64,000 bases of DNA, taken from positions 44,826,001 through 44,890,000 of the forward strand of contig NC_083278.1 of the NCBI RefSeq assembly GCF_963506605.1, given 5' to 3'. The first letter of the stretch is position 1, and each line of letters opens with the position of its first letter. Below, piece by piece: positions 40,998 to 54,388 of the stretch. The stretch comes from Zootoca vivipara. Lineage: Eukaryota. A model generated the notes under the pieces. The model searched no databases and was not told where the DNA came from. It was given only the letters and a program-made list of their open reading frames with translations. The translations under genes and the position numbers were made by a program.

Positions 40998-41184
40998 CAA
41001 TTTGAGGAGTCTCCTGTTTTGCAGGTAATGTGATAGGTGAACGCTGGCGATCTCTGAATGCTGGCCTCTCCCTTCGATTCTGAGGTGGTGCAGGAGGTGC
41101 TGGAGGACCTGGAGGGCCTGGTGGTCCAGGCTGCCAGTAAGGTGGATGAAACCCACCTTGAGGTGGACCAAAATTAGCCCCATG
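40998..41184 (-). CDS. PNISR: PNISR coding exon
   Basis: 187 nt; HGANFGPPQGGFHPPYWQPGPPGPPGPPAPPAPPQNRRERPAFRDRQRSPITLPAKQETPQI. Confidence 0.93.
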
Positions 41185-42867
41185 CTGAAAGAGTAATGAA
41201 GCTCATTTTCTTTCAGATCAATGCCACACATTTCCTAACTTTAATATTTGGTCTGCACAAGAATGCATAGCAGAAAGAAGTTGAATAGAAGCCCTTTTAA
41301 TATTTTAAGGGACAGCCTATATTATCTAAACTGTGCAATTGACCGTTTCAGAAAAGAAAATGTGACTAGTCCCTTCTCATATCAGAATTCAGAAATAGGA
41401 ATTTTGCGTTACTGTAACACAACAAAAATAAACAGGAAAAGTTCCAAGTCCCTTCCGTATTGGATGGGTGTTGGAAGAGAAGATTTAAGTAGATATATTA
41501 ATTATATTAATTTCAACTACACTTATCAGTTTGATTTATAGTTCAAAGGAAAGCCACTGTAGCTGCAGTAAGCCAGCTGCTAGTTTGGGATATAAAGTAA
41601 AGGAACATAACATCTAAGTTTCTTTCTTTTTAAATCATACTTGCCCCCTGGTTATGAGAGTTGTAAATTAGTTTATGCTATCTCTGTTCTAAGGAATGGT
41701 GTGGTTTTTTGCTGCCTCTTACTGTTTAATTTCATTTTAATTGTTATATGTTGTACTTTAATATTTTTGTAAGCTGCCCAGGGAAACTATATAAATGTGC
41801 ATGTGTGAGAACAATCTGCATAGTAATGTCTGGGTCAATCTCAGACATTCAATGTGTACATTTTTATTTGTGTGTAGAGCTTCAGCTGACCAATCTAACA
41901 ATTACATTAAAGTCTGCAGCATTTTTTGCAATTTAAAAAGCCCAGGGGAAAAAACTTGTAATATCTACGTCTAATAAGCATGTGGGGATTTGACACAGAA
42001 GTGGAAAAGGAAAAAGAAAGAGCCCTGAAAGTCATTCTCCACTGATGTTTACTTTTAAAAAATCATTTACAACTTCGTATTTGACTGCCATATATCATAC
42101 TTTATAACACTGTGTAACATCGACACACTGTTTATAATAGCAATTCAGAAAAGTGTGGCATGTTTAAGTACCACTGAAATGAATGGAGCTGGGCACTTCC
42201 TCTGAAAAGCCTAATCTAGAAAGCCCCCCCCCCCCCGCCGACTCAAAAGCATAAATGTGCACAGCGGTCCACACTGCTCACTTCAATCCGCACACCTAAA
42301 GAAATATACACTTCCAGTAAAATGAATGGAGATGCTTTTTCAGCTAGAGGTGTTCCTTGCACATACTGGAACTCTTGCCCAGGAAAAATAACAGAACCAG
42401 AGTAACTGGCTATAATTTTGGCCAGTTCTACGCTTCTAAATTACAGTATTTCAGAGAAGCTTAGCTGTGTGCAGGAGCACACAATTCATTTTGGAAACTG
42501 ATATTGTGAGCATAATTCACCTTTATGAATCAAATCAAACTGGTGAGAGGTGGAAAAGAAATACTAAATCATCTAGGCTATCTTTCTAAATAGGCAGTTC
42601 CTTCTCAGAATACACGTGCTCATGTAATTAAGCATTTTGTTTTCTTTCATATTTTTCTCTTTTACACGAAACTTATTGTATTGGAAAATGAGGTGTTTTA
42701 ACAACCAAAATATAAAGAGATGCTCACAATGCAGGTGGTTTGCAGATGACAAATTGTATCTGAGCAAACAATAAAACTTGTGGATTCTGTTGAAAATCAG
42801 CACTAGAGGCACAACTCCGTGGAATGGGCTCTGCATGCTTACAATATTTAAGCAAGAAATGTTTCAC

Positions 42868-43094
42868 CTGATAGTCAAACTGGTTCACTGGGCCCATTGC
42901 AAAGTTATCAGGTGGTGGTCCCCCAAAGTTGTGATTATTCTGACTAAATATATGCCTGTTGTCAGGGGCAAATTCCCCACTGTCCTGACTGTTGCTGTCT
43001 TCCGACGGAGGAACAATATCCATTGGGCCTGGTGCTGGAGGAATCCATGGCTGCTCTGGAGGTGGATGAGGGGGTTGGTGGGGCATGCTCCAGT
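42868..43094 (-). CDS. PNISR: PNISR coding exon
   Basis: 227 nt; DWSMPHQPPHPPPEQPWIPPAPGPMDIVPPSEDSNSQDSGEFAPDNRHIF...NQFDYQ. Confidence 0.95.
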
Positions 43095-43999
43095 CTGTTT
43101 GGATTTAAAAATCAAAATGGTAACAACTCATTTTTTCCATTTCTTCTCTTGAGACTTTTAAAATAAAATCTTTAATGTAAAATACACACAAATATATACC
43201 TTAATAAAGCTACCATTAATTGTTTGTGACAATCACTGATACTCCTTCTTGATTTTTGTTTGCTGGCTACCGTAACTATACCATGAAATCAACCAAAATC
43301 AGGAAGATCTTGTCTTTCATCATCAATAACGTACTAAGAGCTAGTTGTGAACTTGAAAAAGGATCATGAAACAAGTCAGTGAGGAAGGACACTGTTCTTG
43401 GCTAGTTTATCCAAGTACCTTACCATTTCCCTTAGCATATAGCTGTACTAGGCACACAGGCAGAACGGGGGGGGGGGGGGGGCGACGACTTTCAACTATA
43501 CATTTCCATACTGTATCCTTTAGCAAGCTTAATTTGAAATACATATAAGAGTTTGTGAAACTGAAAAGTCCTTCGTGTACAGTAATGTACATTTGTAACA
43601 TTTTAACAAATAACGTTAGCCCATTTGAAGCATAGAGGAAGAACAGTAGCAATTGCTGAAAAAGCACTAGACTTGCTGGTATGAAAAATCTCTGTATGAA
43701 ATGCCTGTGAGGGAAAAGAAAACATTTTGATCTATAGATTGCTATCTGACCAGAGCCTGAATCTGACTACAGCTGGCTGATTAAGGCAGCATCTAGGAGC
43801 ATATCACAGAGCACTACAAAGGGCAGAACTATATGCTCCAATTTAAATTCTGTGCGTTAACAGAAAAAATAATTCAAAGCCAATGGATTTGGATCTTGCA
43901 GTCAGCTTGCCTTTTCCAAGGATGCTCCAGGCTTAGAAAGATAGAACATATCAGTGTTAGAATCCAAAAGCAAAGAGGAATTAGTATTTAAAAACAAAC

Positions 44000-44185
44000 C
44001 TGGCTGCCACATTCTGTTGAAGTTTGGATCACCCTGAAAGTTGCCATGGTTGTTTGGACCAGGCTCCATGCCTGTCATCTCCTGGCCATTTGGGATCATC
44101 CCTTGCTGTTCCACTACACTCTGCTGCCCCGACGCTTCTCGCTGAGCAATCCATGCTTGAGCTAATGCTGCCCAGTCAATTTGGC
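44000..44185 (-). CDS. PNISR: PNISR coding exon
   Basis: 186 nt; QIDWAALAQAWIAQREASGQQSVVEQQGMIPNGQ...NFNRMWQP. Confidence 0.95.
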
Positions 44186-45504
44186 CTAGAAATAAAATTA
44201 GATTTTCAACATACAGGTTTCCATGGCAGAACTAGGAAGACTTATTTGTCAAGCTCCTCAGAACAGCACCTTATTCACATGTAGGAAGTACATTAAAAGC
44301 TTCCTTTTAAAAGTGTCCTTCACATAATTAATCTAACACTATGGTCTGTTTCAAATAAGGCAAATAATCATTAGATTTAGGCTGTAATCCTATATACACA
44401 CACATAGAAATGAGCCCCAGTGAACACAGTGGGACTTCCTTCTTAAGACTGCACATTAAGACTACCAAAACAGTTCATTGTCCTATTACATTTTCTTCCA
44501 ATCCTCCATTTCAAAAATATCTAATAAACAGAATTTGTCAGCTGTATTCAGAGAACGAAACCTGTACTGGTACTAATACTCCAGTTGCTATAATATACAT
44601 ACATATTTAGCATGCATACTTAAGCTTCAATGGATTTAGTGGAACTTATTCCTGAATACGTATGTAGGAATGGGCTGCAGCCCTGCAATCCTGAACACAC
44701 GCCAATTTTAATGGGATTTAAAGATCTAAGCAGTCTACATGAAGGCTTGCAGCCTAAAAGGTTCAAATCGGCATCACACTTAAGTCAAGGGGAAAACTGC
44801 CAATGGATTTAAATGGGTGTGGTATGCGCCCGTTTTAAATTGCAGCCTATCTTTGTTCTCCCATCTCCCAAAAGCTTTTTTTTTTTTTGAGGGGGAAATA
44901 CTTTTCAGTCAGACAACCTAAATTTACTATCATTTTCAAGGCTGAAAGTTGCAATATTATTTCTGCGTACCCATGTTACACAAGTAGGATTCATTGTAAG
45001 TATTCTAGTAGAGCCCAGGTCTTTAGTTAGTGCATTCTGATCAAATTGAGGGGCACTGGTGCTGACCATAATAGTTTTAAAACACTACAACAAAATGTCA
45101 GCCAACCTACTTCAAGTCAACATACAAGAAATCAAAAGATAGCAAATAAAATACTAACAGTTGTATTCAACCTAGTGTTAAGTGTACAAGATTTTCCACT
45201 TGTGCAATGGGATTCTCACCCTCTCTCCTTCCCCTGCCTCCCCAGTTTACAGGGGTTCCCTCTATTTTTTGCAGATTTGGGGAGGCCGTGGGGTGCATGC
45301 ATGGGAAGATAGAGGGAGAAAGTTTCATTGTGCTAATGAGAATCCTCGCACTGCTGGGATGTGTTAGTTGCATGCTGCCCTATGGAACAGATTAGCTTGA
45401 TTAATTCTGTAGCAGGTAAAATATCATGTCCTCGTCAAATTCCTAAAATGCCGATTGGTGTGCTAGCTTGCATCTTGAAAGCATTTTTCCAACTATTCAC
45501 TTAC

Positions 45505-45592
45505 TTGGATCTTGCTGGTGCTGAAATGACTGCATCCATTGCTGCTGATTCAAAGGCCACTGTTGCCAAGGCTGCCCACTTTGATCCCACAT
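45505..45592 (-). CDS. PNISR: PNISR first coding exon (PNN-interacting serine/arginine-rich protein, SFRS18)
   Basis: MWDQSGQPWQQWPLNQQQWMQSFQHQQDP; 88 nt to GTAAGT donor. Confidence 0.95.
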
Positions 45593-47399
45593 CTTTAGTT
45601 CTTTATATATTCTACATTTAATCAAAAATAACAGTTGATGTTTGAGTTGAAGCTTCATGTGTTTAGAGTCATTTAACTCTTTCAAAAGTAAAAAATTATA
45701 TTTTAAAATGAAATTAACTACCCAAACATTATCTCAAACAGATCAAGTAATATTTCCATTTTGTTCCGATTCCTGGAAGCATCCAGAAACACTTATATGC
45801 CAGACAATTGCAAATAACAGAGTTGCCATTTCATATTGCAGGATTATAATCAGTTGAGAAACAAGTAAAAACTTCACTTCCAGAACTTTACACTTTCAGA
45901 AAACTGGTCAATTTAGATATTACATGAATTCCTAACAAAATTGTGAAGGGGAGGGAAAACCATGATAAACACTTTTGGGAAATAAATATATTGTGAAAAG
46001 ATGTCCAGAAGAGTTGCCAAATCACAGGAGTGCCTCTTGGTGGTGGTTTTTTTTAAAAAAAAACACACCCAGGCTTCCAAAGAACCCCACCCCTATCAAG
46101 AAAAATTAATTTAGTCTCTGTGACTAGACAGATGATAACAAGTGTTCTCAAAGCACACTATGACTTTGAAGTGGCAACAAAAGCTAATTAATTATTGAGA
46201 CTATAATGTATTATCATTTGCTTAAGTAAAACTGCTACTGGGTGGGATGGGGTGGGGCATAGACCAGAAAGCTATCAATATGCTTAAGAGACATGTTCCT
46301 TAGAAATACTTCTGGATACCTACTGAAACATTCCTTCTAAGTAGGATTCAACAAATATTTGTAACACGTTTATTACAATTCAAGAGTGAAATTATTATTA
46401 TTTTGTTGTAAATATTGCACACAAAGAGACAAACTCATACACATGAGAAAGTGTAACTTCCTTCCTTACAATTCTATGAACGCTACCCTAAGCAGTGGAA
46501 ACTACTGAAGGAAATACATATTTCTATTGTCCCAAGCAAACATGCTGGACCACTTTTTCTCATTACCAGTCTGCTTGATCACTAAGGTCAGCATCTGAGG
46601 CTCTTTCCCGTGTGCTTCAACATTGTATAGTAAGGCATGTGGCTACCAAGTACAAAAAGAGAATCACCTGTTCACTGTTTACATGCCAACTTGCCTGTGG
46701 AATGTTCTCCCCAGGGAGCCTCACCTGACATTCACTTTGATGTCATTTTGGCACGAAATATTTCACACACACCCTTCCAATTTTCCAACATATTTATTAC
46801 ACTCCACTGAATTTATTATTATTATTATTATTGTATTTGTGTGTTACATTACAGTATTGAAATATATTGTTGTATTATTTTCTAAGCTGCTCTGGGAATA
46901 TATCCAGCATGGAAGGTGCTTGATATACATCTTAGAAATTATATATACTGGATACGAAGAACCATGAACAAGAGATTTGAAAAACAGCTTGCACAAAAAT
47001 TCATATATAATAACAGGCAAGGGGAAGAATTCAACATCATACAGTAACATGATTTGTCTTGCCAGATGGAATGCTCCCCTCTAACACCCCCTAGCCAATA
47101 TTGGGGGGCACACAGTGGAGAGAGGGAGCCCTGTTGCACAAGCAGAAGTCCTTGCAGAGGGCTTCCACTGATGAGACTCATTCATACATTGAATCCCACC
47201 CTTGGTTTATACTATAGCAGTTCAGAAGCATCCACTAAGAGGCTGCAGAAACTCTTGTGCAAGCAGGTGAATTTACTTTCACTTTCTTTGCACAACATTC
47301 CAGTGTGAGATGGAATACAATCTTTCCATAAACAGTAGGAAGCCACCTTCAAATCCAATCACTTGGTTTTGCCTTCAGTGTTTCACAGAAGCCCTATAG

Positions 47400-47533
47400 C
47401 AGGAGTAGTCAATAAGGTACCCTCCAGATGTCAGACTCCAACTCCCATCAACCCGACCAATGGCTATAATGGTTGGGGCTGATAGGAGCTGGAGTTCAGC
47501 AATGTCTGGAGGGCACCACTTTGCCTACCCCTG
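47400..47533. mobile_element. Older hAT-type MITE
   Basis: Imperfect palindrome CAGGAGTAG...CTACCCCTG; degenerate TSD CCCTATAG/CCCTAGAA; similar relic at ~48700-48837. Confidence 0.6.
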
Positions 47534-48905
47534 CCCTAGAATATTAGAGTACTAATCTATATGCGTTAGTAAGACTGGATTTGTTTCCACTTGACCGAAT
47601 AGGAAATACTTTACTAGACATAGGAATAGGAATAGAATAGGAAATACTAGATCTAGACATATTGTCCCCTCATGACCTATCCCTTCCATCTTTTGCCTTG
47701 TTTCTGAATGCCCTGCTCTTCTGGTGCAGCTAAGATACAATATTCCAGGCTTGAATTTTACAAGGGGGAACCCCAATTCCTTCTGATGCAGTTGAATTTA
47801 GAATCTAGAAATACTGTACGCTAATGTTCAAACCATTTATATATTAACTATATACCTATAGGTTTTGGATTTTTAAACTTTTTGAACAAACAGAAGTGAC
47901 AATGAACAATCATATGATCATTTAGTACACAAGAAAAGTTATGCCATTATGTATTTATGGTACACATAAAATGTCTCACAGAACTATAAAATAGGTCTCT
48001 CCTTCATAAGTATTGCTGAATTCCAAATGATGTGAAATTTGAAATACTAGAACTCATTCCGCTGTCTTACCAAAGTAAATTCCAAAGTAAATTCTAACAG
48101 ATTGTTATTGCCTAGTTTTTATTATGTTTTAATCCATTAGAGACCAATATCTTACATATATTAAGAAAAACAATTATATTTAATGGAATGTACTTCCTAA
48201 TAATTTTGGGATGTTTTCTGTATCAGAGCATTCCAAACATAAATGAAAAAGTTGCCTTTTGATTCTTGGCATCTCCTCTATTTACCTACCCTTCTTGTTG
48301 TATATAATTTCCAGGTGGAAAGTGTCAGTACAGAACCACTGTAAAGCAACACTACTTGCATGTGGCCCCACTTCTCATACATTCAGCTGAGATGGCACTG
48401 CAACAGAATAATGATGAATGAGTGGCACAAGACCCCCCCTCTCCTCCATGTGTAACTGTCTCATCTGCTTAAGTTTGCATGGAGACATATTAATGTGACT
48501 TTTTCCCTTCAAAAAGCAGGGGACGCTCACAAGTCAAATGGGCATATGCAGAGGGCCAAGTTCACACTAGAGACTGTTTATGTGTAGGTGAGGAGCTGCC
48601 GACATTGTTCCTCCACTGCTAAACTATTTTAGCATGAGCCAGACAGTAAGTTTTCATCTATAAATATTCCCAAAATATGAATCATTTTCTTCTTCTGTAC
48701 TAGGTGTAGGAAACCTTTCACCCTCCAGATGTTGCTGAACTACTACTTCCATCATCCTTAGCTATTGGTCATGCTTGCAGTGTTAATGGGAGTTCTAGTT
48801 CAGCGAAATCTGGAGGCCCAAAAGTTCTCCACATCTGTTCTAGATCTTCTATCATTTGTACATGCATTATTTTTCAGTGTTCTAAAAAAATGATGCAATA
48901 GATAC

Positions 48906-49037
48906 CTTTTTTATCTCAAATGCTTTACTTCTATTAATAAAAGTTTCAAAATTATTCTTTCTGCCTTTGAACTTGCACCCCGAAGCTGGCTTCCAACTCT
49001 CAGCAGATGTGACTATGTGTGTAATTTCAGTAAAGGA
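48906..49037 (-). other. PNISR: Probable PNISR 5'UTR exon
   Basis: TGTTTTCAG acceptor and AAG|GTATCT donor between the promoter exon and the ATG exon; acceptor position uncertain. Confidence 0.45.
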
Positions 49038-49140
49038 CTGAAAACAGATGAGCAGTACATACTAAACATGTGTGACTCCAACACAATCTCACATATGTAC
49101 TCTATATAGAAGAGGCTGTAATTTCCTTTTTGTTACTAGT

Positions 49141-49496
49141 AAAGGTAAAGGTAAAGGGACCCCTGACCATTAGGTCCAGTCGTGACCGACTCTGGGGTTG
49201 CGCGCTCATCTCGCATTATTGGCCGAGGGAGCCGGCGTATAGCTTCCAGGTCATGTGGCCAGCATAACAAAGCCGCTTCTGGCGAACCAGAGCAGTACAG
49301 GGAAACGCCGTTTACCTTCCCGCTGTAGCGGTTCCTATTTATCTACTTGCATTTTGACGTGCTTTCGAACTGCTAGGTTGGCAGGAGCTGGGACCGAGCA
49401 ACGGAAGCTCACCCCGTCATAGGGATTTGAACCGCTGACCTTCTGATCAGCAAGCCCTAGGCTCAGTGGTTTAACCCACAGCGCCACCTGGGTCCC
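49141..49496 (-). mobile_element. Sauria (Squam1) SINE, full length
   Basis: Colinear with other copies; TSD TTTGTYACTAGTA. Confidence 0.92.
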
Positions 49497-51021
49497 AGTT
49501 TGTCACTAGTACCATGCTACATATCCTATGTTTCACTAAGATCTTCAATAGGTGCCCCCATCATCTGAGATGCAGCGGGTAGCTAAAGAAAACAACCTAC
49601 GGTACTTATTTTTCTTACAATTGGAGTGGATAGCCCTCCCATTGTAGAATGCTGTACCCAGGGAGCATTGCCTGAAAATGCAATGTAATTTCATGAGTAA
49701 GCAAATACCTATTTTCTGTTCAAGTCTTTTAATCCTATCTACATTACTTTTGACCTTTGGTGTTTGCTTTTATGCCATTTGTTTACACTATGGCTTTTTA
49801 ATGTTTTTAATTTTAATCTTTTATAAGCTACCCTGGAAAACTGTAGAACAGATTTGACCTGAACTAAAATCTATTTATTGGAAAACACTATTTCCCCTAA
49901 TTCTCAGAGACACCAGTTGGACTACACACAGGATCATATGCAACAAGATACCTTCCTTGATTTCAGACATTTAACAGATATATTTTACTTTTAAAGCCAA
50001 ACTGGCCCTTTATATTTTATATTTATATTTCTTTAACTAATATCATATGCCTTGTATATGTCTATTTTGTCCTCTATTAGGCACAATGAAAATTCCAACA
50101 AGCAAAATGTTGCTGAGAAGCCATTAAAGCATTCCCAGAACACCCATCACAGTATAACTAAGTCAGATCCCAAAAGTAAACTGCAATTGGCAAAAATGTG
50201 GCCAAGGCTGATGTAGGATTTTGCTGAAAAGTAAACTTGGGTGCAGATGTTTCACGTGTTAGGTGTGTGAAGTTAATCACTGAAGTTCAAGCTTCAATGA
50301 TTTCCAGAAGTGCAGCAAAGCCTTCCTGTCTGGAGTTTTGACAGCAAAAGTTTTGACACCCATGTGGTAATTTTAATTTCTAAATATTTTAACTGGATAG
50401 TCTGTTTTTACTTTATTTTCTTAAGCTGCTATTATTCATCCAAAACCTTTGGGAAGAGATGGGGCGTAATCAGAAATAATTATTTAGACAATAGCTGGTA
50501 CAGAGACATCTGGATGTTATCAACATAGATTACCCAACAGTGAATCTTTGACTATCAGAGTATTTCAGTTTTCAATGTATGTTGAGAAGTGTATGAAGTT
50601 GATAAGTATGTTTTAGTACAGTACCTTAGTTTGCCACCATAACCCCACTTATCTAGAAGTCCTATTGAATACAATAAAACTTACTTCTGAGCAGACAGTT
50701 AGAATTAAGTTATCAAAATAGCTGTACGATTTGAAAACTATAAGTTAGCATGGACAAGACAAGCCCTTTTGTACATACTCCTGAACACTGCATTCTACAT
50801 GCATTTCCATCAATAATGTAACTGGTTCCATGCATACTGAAGCTTCTTTTCCATGAAATATTTACACTCAGGCCATCCAGAGTTGGTATACAGTGGGGAT
50901 GAAAACTGTCAACTGTGAATTCCCTTTACAGGTAGGTAGCCGTGTTGGTATACCATAGTCGAAACAAAATAAAAAAAATTCCTTCCAGTAGCACCTTAGA
51001 GACCAACTAAGTTTGTCATTG

Positions 51022-51059
51022 GTATGAGCTTTCGTGTGCATGCACACTTCTTCAGATAC
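51022..51059 (-). ncRNA. Minimal hammerhead ribozyme motif, sense to PNISR pre-mRNA
   Basis: Reverse complement GTATCTGAAGAAGTGTGCATGCACACGAAAGCTCATAC, identical to 13580-13617. Confidence 0.72.
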
Positions 51060-51242
51060 ACTGAAACAGAAGTCACCAGACCCTTATATATAGTGAGAGG
51101 GTAGGGAGGTGTATTACTCAGAAGGGTGGTGGGAATGGGTGATTGCAGTCATCAGCCAATCACCCATTCCCATCACCCTTCTGAGTAATACCCCTCCCCA
51201 CCCTCTCACTATATATAAGGGTCTGGTGACTTCTGTTTCAGT

Positions 51243-51280
51243 GTATCTGAGGAAGTGTGCATGCACATGAAAGCTCATAC
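51243..51280 (+). ncRNA. Minimal hammerhead ribozyme motif (variant)
   Basis: GTATCTGAGGAAGTGTGCATGCACATGAAAGCTCATAC; changes are at the variable N of CUGANGA and a G-C to G-U pair in stem II. Confidence 0.65.
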
Positions 51281-52329
51281 CAATGACAAACTTAGTTGGT
51301 CTCTAAGGTGCTACTGGAAGGGTTTTTTTAAAAAATTGTGAATTCCCTGTTTAAAATCTCAAAGCCATTAACTCAGCTGGTAGCATTAAGCAAAACTGCT
51401 ACTCTCTTTTCTCCTCTTCCCATCTATAATGTCAGAATACTCTCCTGCATTACAAAACTCTTTATTGGGATTACTGAGTTAGTGCATGTAAAACCAGTTG
51501 AATTGCTGAAATAATCTGTATATAAAAGCTTAGTTCCCCACCCCAACTTTTTGCGTACACAATCACAGATTTTACTGCTGTGAAGCAAAATGAAGTAGAG
51601 TGCTTCACTTAGCACACATGCTTTCATAGCAAAGATGTGAAAGGCTTCAAATTAATCCTAACCATGACAATCTTTTATTTATTTCAAAGTCCAACTTTCT
51701 TCCATCATGGAACCCAAATCATTACACATAAAGTTCCCAGACTGTCTCCCATCCCGACACTGATTATTTATTGCATTTATATCCCACCCTGACTTCCCAA
51801 GAGACCCAGGAAGGCAAATAATATACACAACTTAAAAACAAAAGGCAAAAACATTCTGAAAACAATCAGTTAAAATATGCTCTGCCACCACTCCCCTTTA
51901 AGCATCTGGGGGCTGAGGAAACACCAAGGGGGCTCCCCTCTGCCGATCTGTGCAAGATCTGTGAGGTTAGAGCCTTCCTGAGCCTCAATGCTTGCAGCTA
52001 GGCCTCACTAAACTGAACAATGCTTACTGCCAAGTAAACATGCGCAGGGTACTGTTGAAAAACATTATCAGAGTTCACATGAATAACTGCAAGAATTTGA
52101 CATTTTTGGACCAGACGAATATGTAGTGAAGTATGAATTGCTTTACGAGGCTACACGAGGGGAAAAACCCACTTAGCTTAAAAAGCATCCAAGTTCCCAA
52201 CCCCATTATGGCAACTATCAGCCAGTAATCCTATATAATAAAAACGCCTATACTGTAAAGTACATGCTTATCGAGCCAATGGGCGTGACTGACTCCATCC
52301 CTTCCCTCCAGGCACCACTAGCAACAAGA

Positions 52330-53400
52330 CCACCACCGGCCCCAAACGTCAACCCCCATATATTTCATTCCGATCAACCGGGAGCGCACCGGCGCATGCG
52401 CATTATGGATTCGTAACGGGTTTTAATCTCAACCCGCCCGTTCAGTACCACAGCAAGGACAAAGGCGCATGCGCAAAAGGGGGTGGGTACGTGAGGGGTG
52501 GGGGAAAGAGAACCTCGAGAAAAGGGGTTACGTGCAGTAAATAAGCGCCAGCTGAGATAAGTCAACCAATGTGGGGGAATCGAGAGGGGCGAATCCCTCC
52601 ACGCTTCTTCACATGGGCCCAGAGGGCAGACCCCTCCCCCCACCTTCTCAACCGCGCCGGCTGCTGGGACAACAGCGCCGAGCCCTGGCGCGCCCCCTGA
52701 CGGCGAAGGGAAAGACGCCCCAGTCCTTCGGCGGCGTCGAGTGTCTTTTCAACGGCAGCCGCCCTATGGGCCCTTACTCACCCCTTCCCGCTCCTTTCCT
52801 GCCGACCGGCGGCACTAGCAGCTCTTGGGCTGCCTCCGTTTCTCCGGTAGGCTTTTTTCCCGAACCACACAAAATGGCGCCCGCTAGGACTCACCCGGAA
52901 CAGAAACTTACGTCACTGGAACCCGCTGGAGAAAGCGGTCCGACCGCCATCTTTCGTAAGGGCAGACGCGGCGCCTGAGATACTCCCTTAACGAGAAGTG
53001 GACGGGGGGGGGTGTTAGCCATTTAGGGGCTAAGAAAAGCCCACTATTGACAAGAGAATACGGGTCCTCCGAAATATGCTAGGAAGAGGAAAGAACCCTT
53101 TCATGTCTGCTGATTTTAATCTCAGTCTGCTCTTCCCCGCCACCAACACACACCTTTTAGGGTTCGGATTAAGTTTATTCTGTCGGCGTCATTTTTAGGA
53201 AGGGCGCAACGCTCTTCCTTCCGCTCTTGGCATTTCCGCCTCGAGGCGAGGCTTGGGAAGGGTAGTGGCGTGTGCCTGGTGGCTGTAAGGTGTGTTACTG
53301 GGTTGCTGGCAAGAAAGCCGGTGGAGCTGCGCATGCAGAACGGAGGATTCGTAAAACCGTTTCGGATTTCGAGACTGCTGCGAATAAGGATGAGCCCAGT
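52330..53400. promoter_or_regulatory. CpG island / PNISR promoter and non-coding exon 1
   Basis: NRF1 palindromes GCGCATGCGC (52392, 52465), YY1 motifs in both orientations (52870-52879, 52945-52953), ETS CCGGAA (52895), CRE-like TTACGTCA (52908); minus-strand GTGAGT donors at 52781 and 52894. Confidence 0.82.
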
Positions 53401-53443
53401 CCTTGCAAAATTAAGACATGTCTCACGCTCCTGTGCATGTTTA

Positions 53444-53753
53444 GGTAAAGGGACCCCTGACCATTAGGTCCAGTCGTGACCGACTCTGGGGTTGCAGCGC
53501 TCATATCGCGTTATTGGCCGAGGGAGCCGGCGTACAGCTTCCAGGTCAGCCGCTTCTGGCGAACCAGAGTAGCACACGGAAATGCCGTTTACCTTCTCGC
53601 TGTAGTGGTACCTATTTATCTACTTGCACTTTGACGTGCTTTCAAACTGCTAGGTTGGCAGGAGCTGGGACCGAGCAACGGGTATTCGAACCGCCAAGCT
53701 TCTGATCGGCAAGCCCTAGGCTCAGTGGTTTAACCCACAGCGCCACCCGCGCC
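53444..53753 (-). mobile_element. Sauria SINE with two internal deletions
   Basis: 14-bp TSD CCTGTGCATGTTTA (53430-53443, 53754-53767). Confidence 0.9.
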
Positions 53754-54388
53754 CCTGTGCATGTTTACCCAGACATAAATTTTACACTGAATTGTTTTAT
53801 TCCTAGGTGAGTGTGCGTAAGGTTGCAAGCACGGCAAGTGAAGTAGTCGGAGCACAGCTGTCAACCTTCCTATTTTTTGCACGAAATTCCTACCCAGCGC
53901 CGTTTCCTACTGCTATCCTGGATTGCCTGGGGACTCACCTTTGTTTCAGCACTTCCCAGCGGTGTGGTTTCCTTGCTGCTGTATCCCTTTGCTGGGTCGC
54001 TGCGCTGTGGAAACCACCGCTTGAGGCTTCCTTTGGCTGCTGGCTGGGCTTTCTGCCTTTGGGCCTTTGGCTTGGAGGGGCTTGGAAGATACCTGTGCTC
54101 GGAATTGGATGGATACTAACATCGACGTCCCACTCACCCATGCCAGGGATAAGGTCTGTCTGGAGTGGGGGCACATGGGGGAAAGAGAAGAAGCGGCTGG
54201 TTGGGTACAATGGCGGGCGGGGATCTCATGGGAGGGGGGCTTTTGGATTTGTTTTGGAGTTACTCCAGTCAAATCCCATGTATGAATGTGGAGGAGGTAG
54301 GCTTGCTACAGGAGAGCAATCTCTTTGCAAATTGCATGTGTGGCTACTCTAATGTGTTGCTTTTCTTCTTTTTCAAACAAAGAAAGAG

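Larger units (their letters stand above)
50926..51336. mobile_element. Penelope-like element remnant: inverted pLTR pair
   Basis: 165-bp inverted arms (50981-51145, 51157-51321) with 11-nt spacer; 12-bp TSD TGTGAATTCCCT (50914-50925, 51337-51348); each arm carries a hammerhead motif. Confidence 0.85.

Noticed and set aside
53790-53812. TTTTATTCCTAG|GTGAGT resembling a recursive splice site upstream of the hAT
   Set aside because: Lies in a degenerate copy of a short palindromic repeat split by the SINE; no independent support.
53807-54352. 181-aa ORF in the hAT 5' region
   Set aside because: GTG start outside the TIR, no recognisable domain; GC-rich leader sequence.
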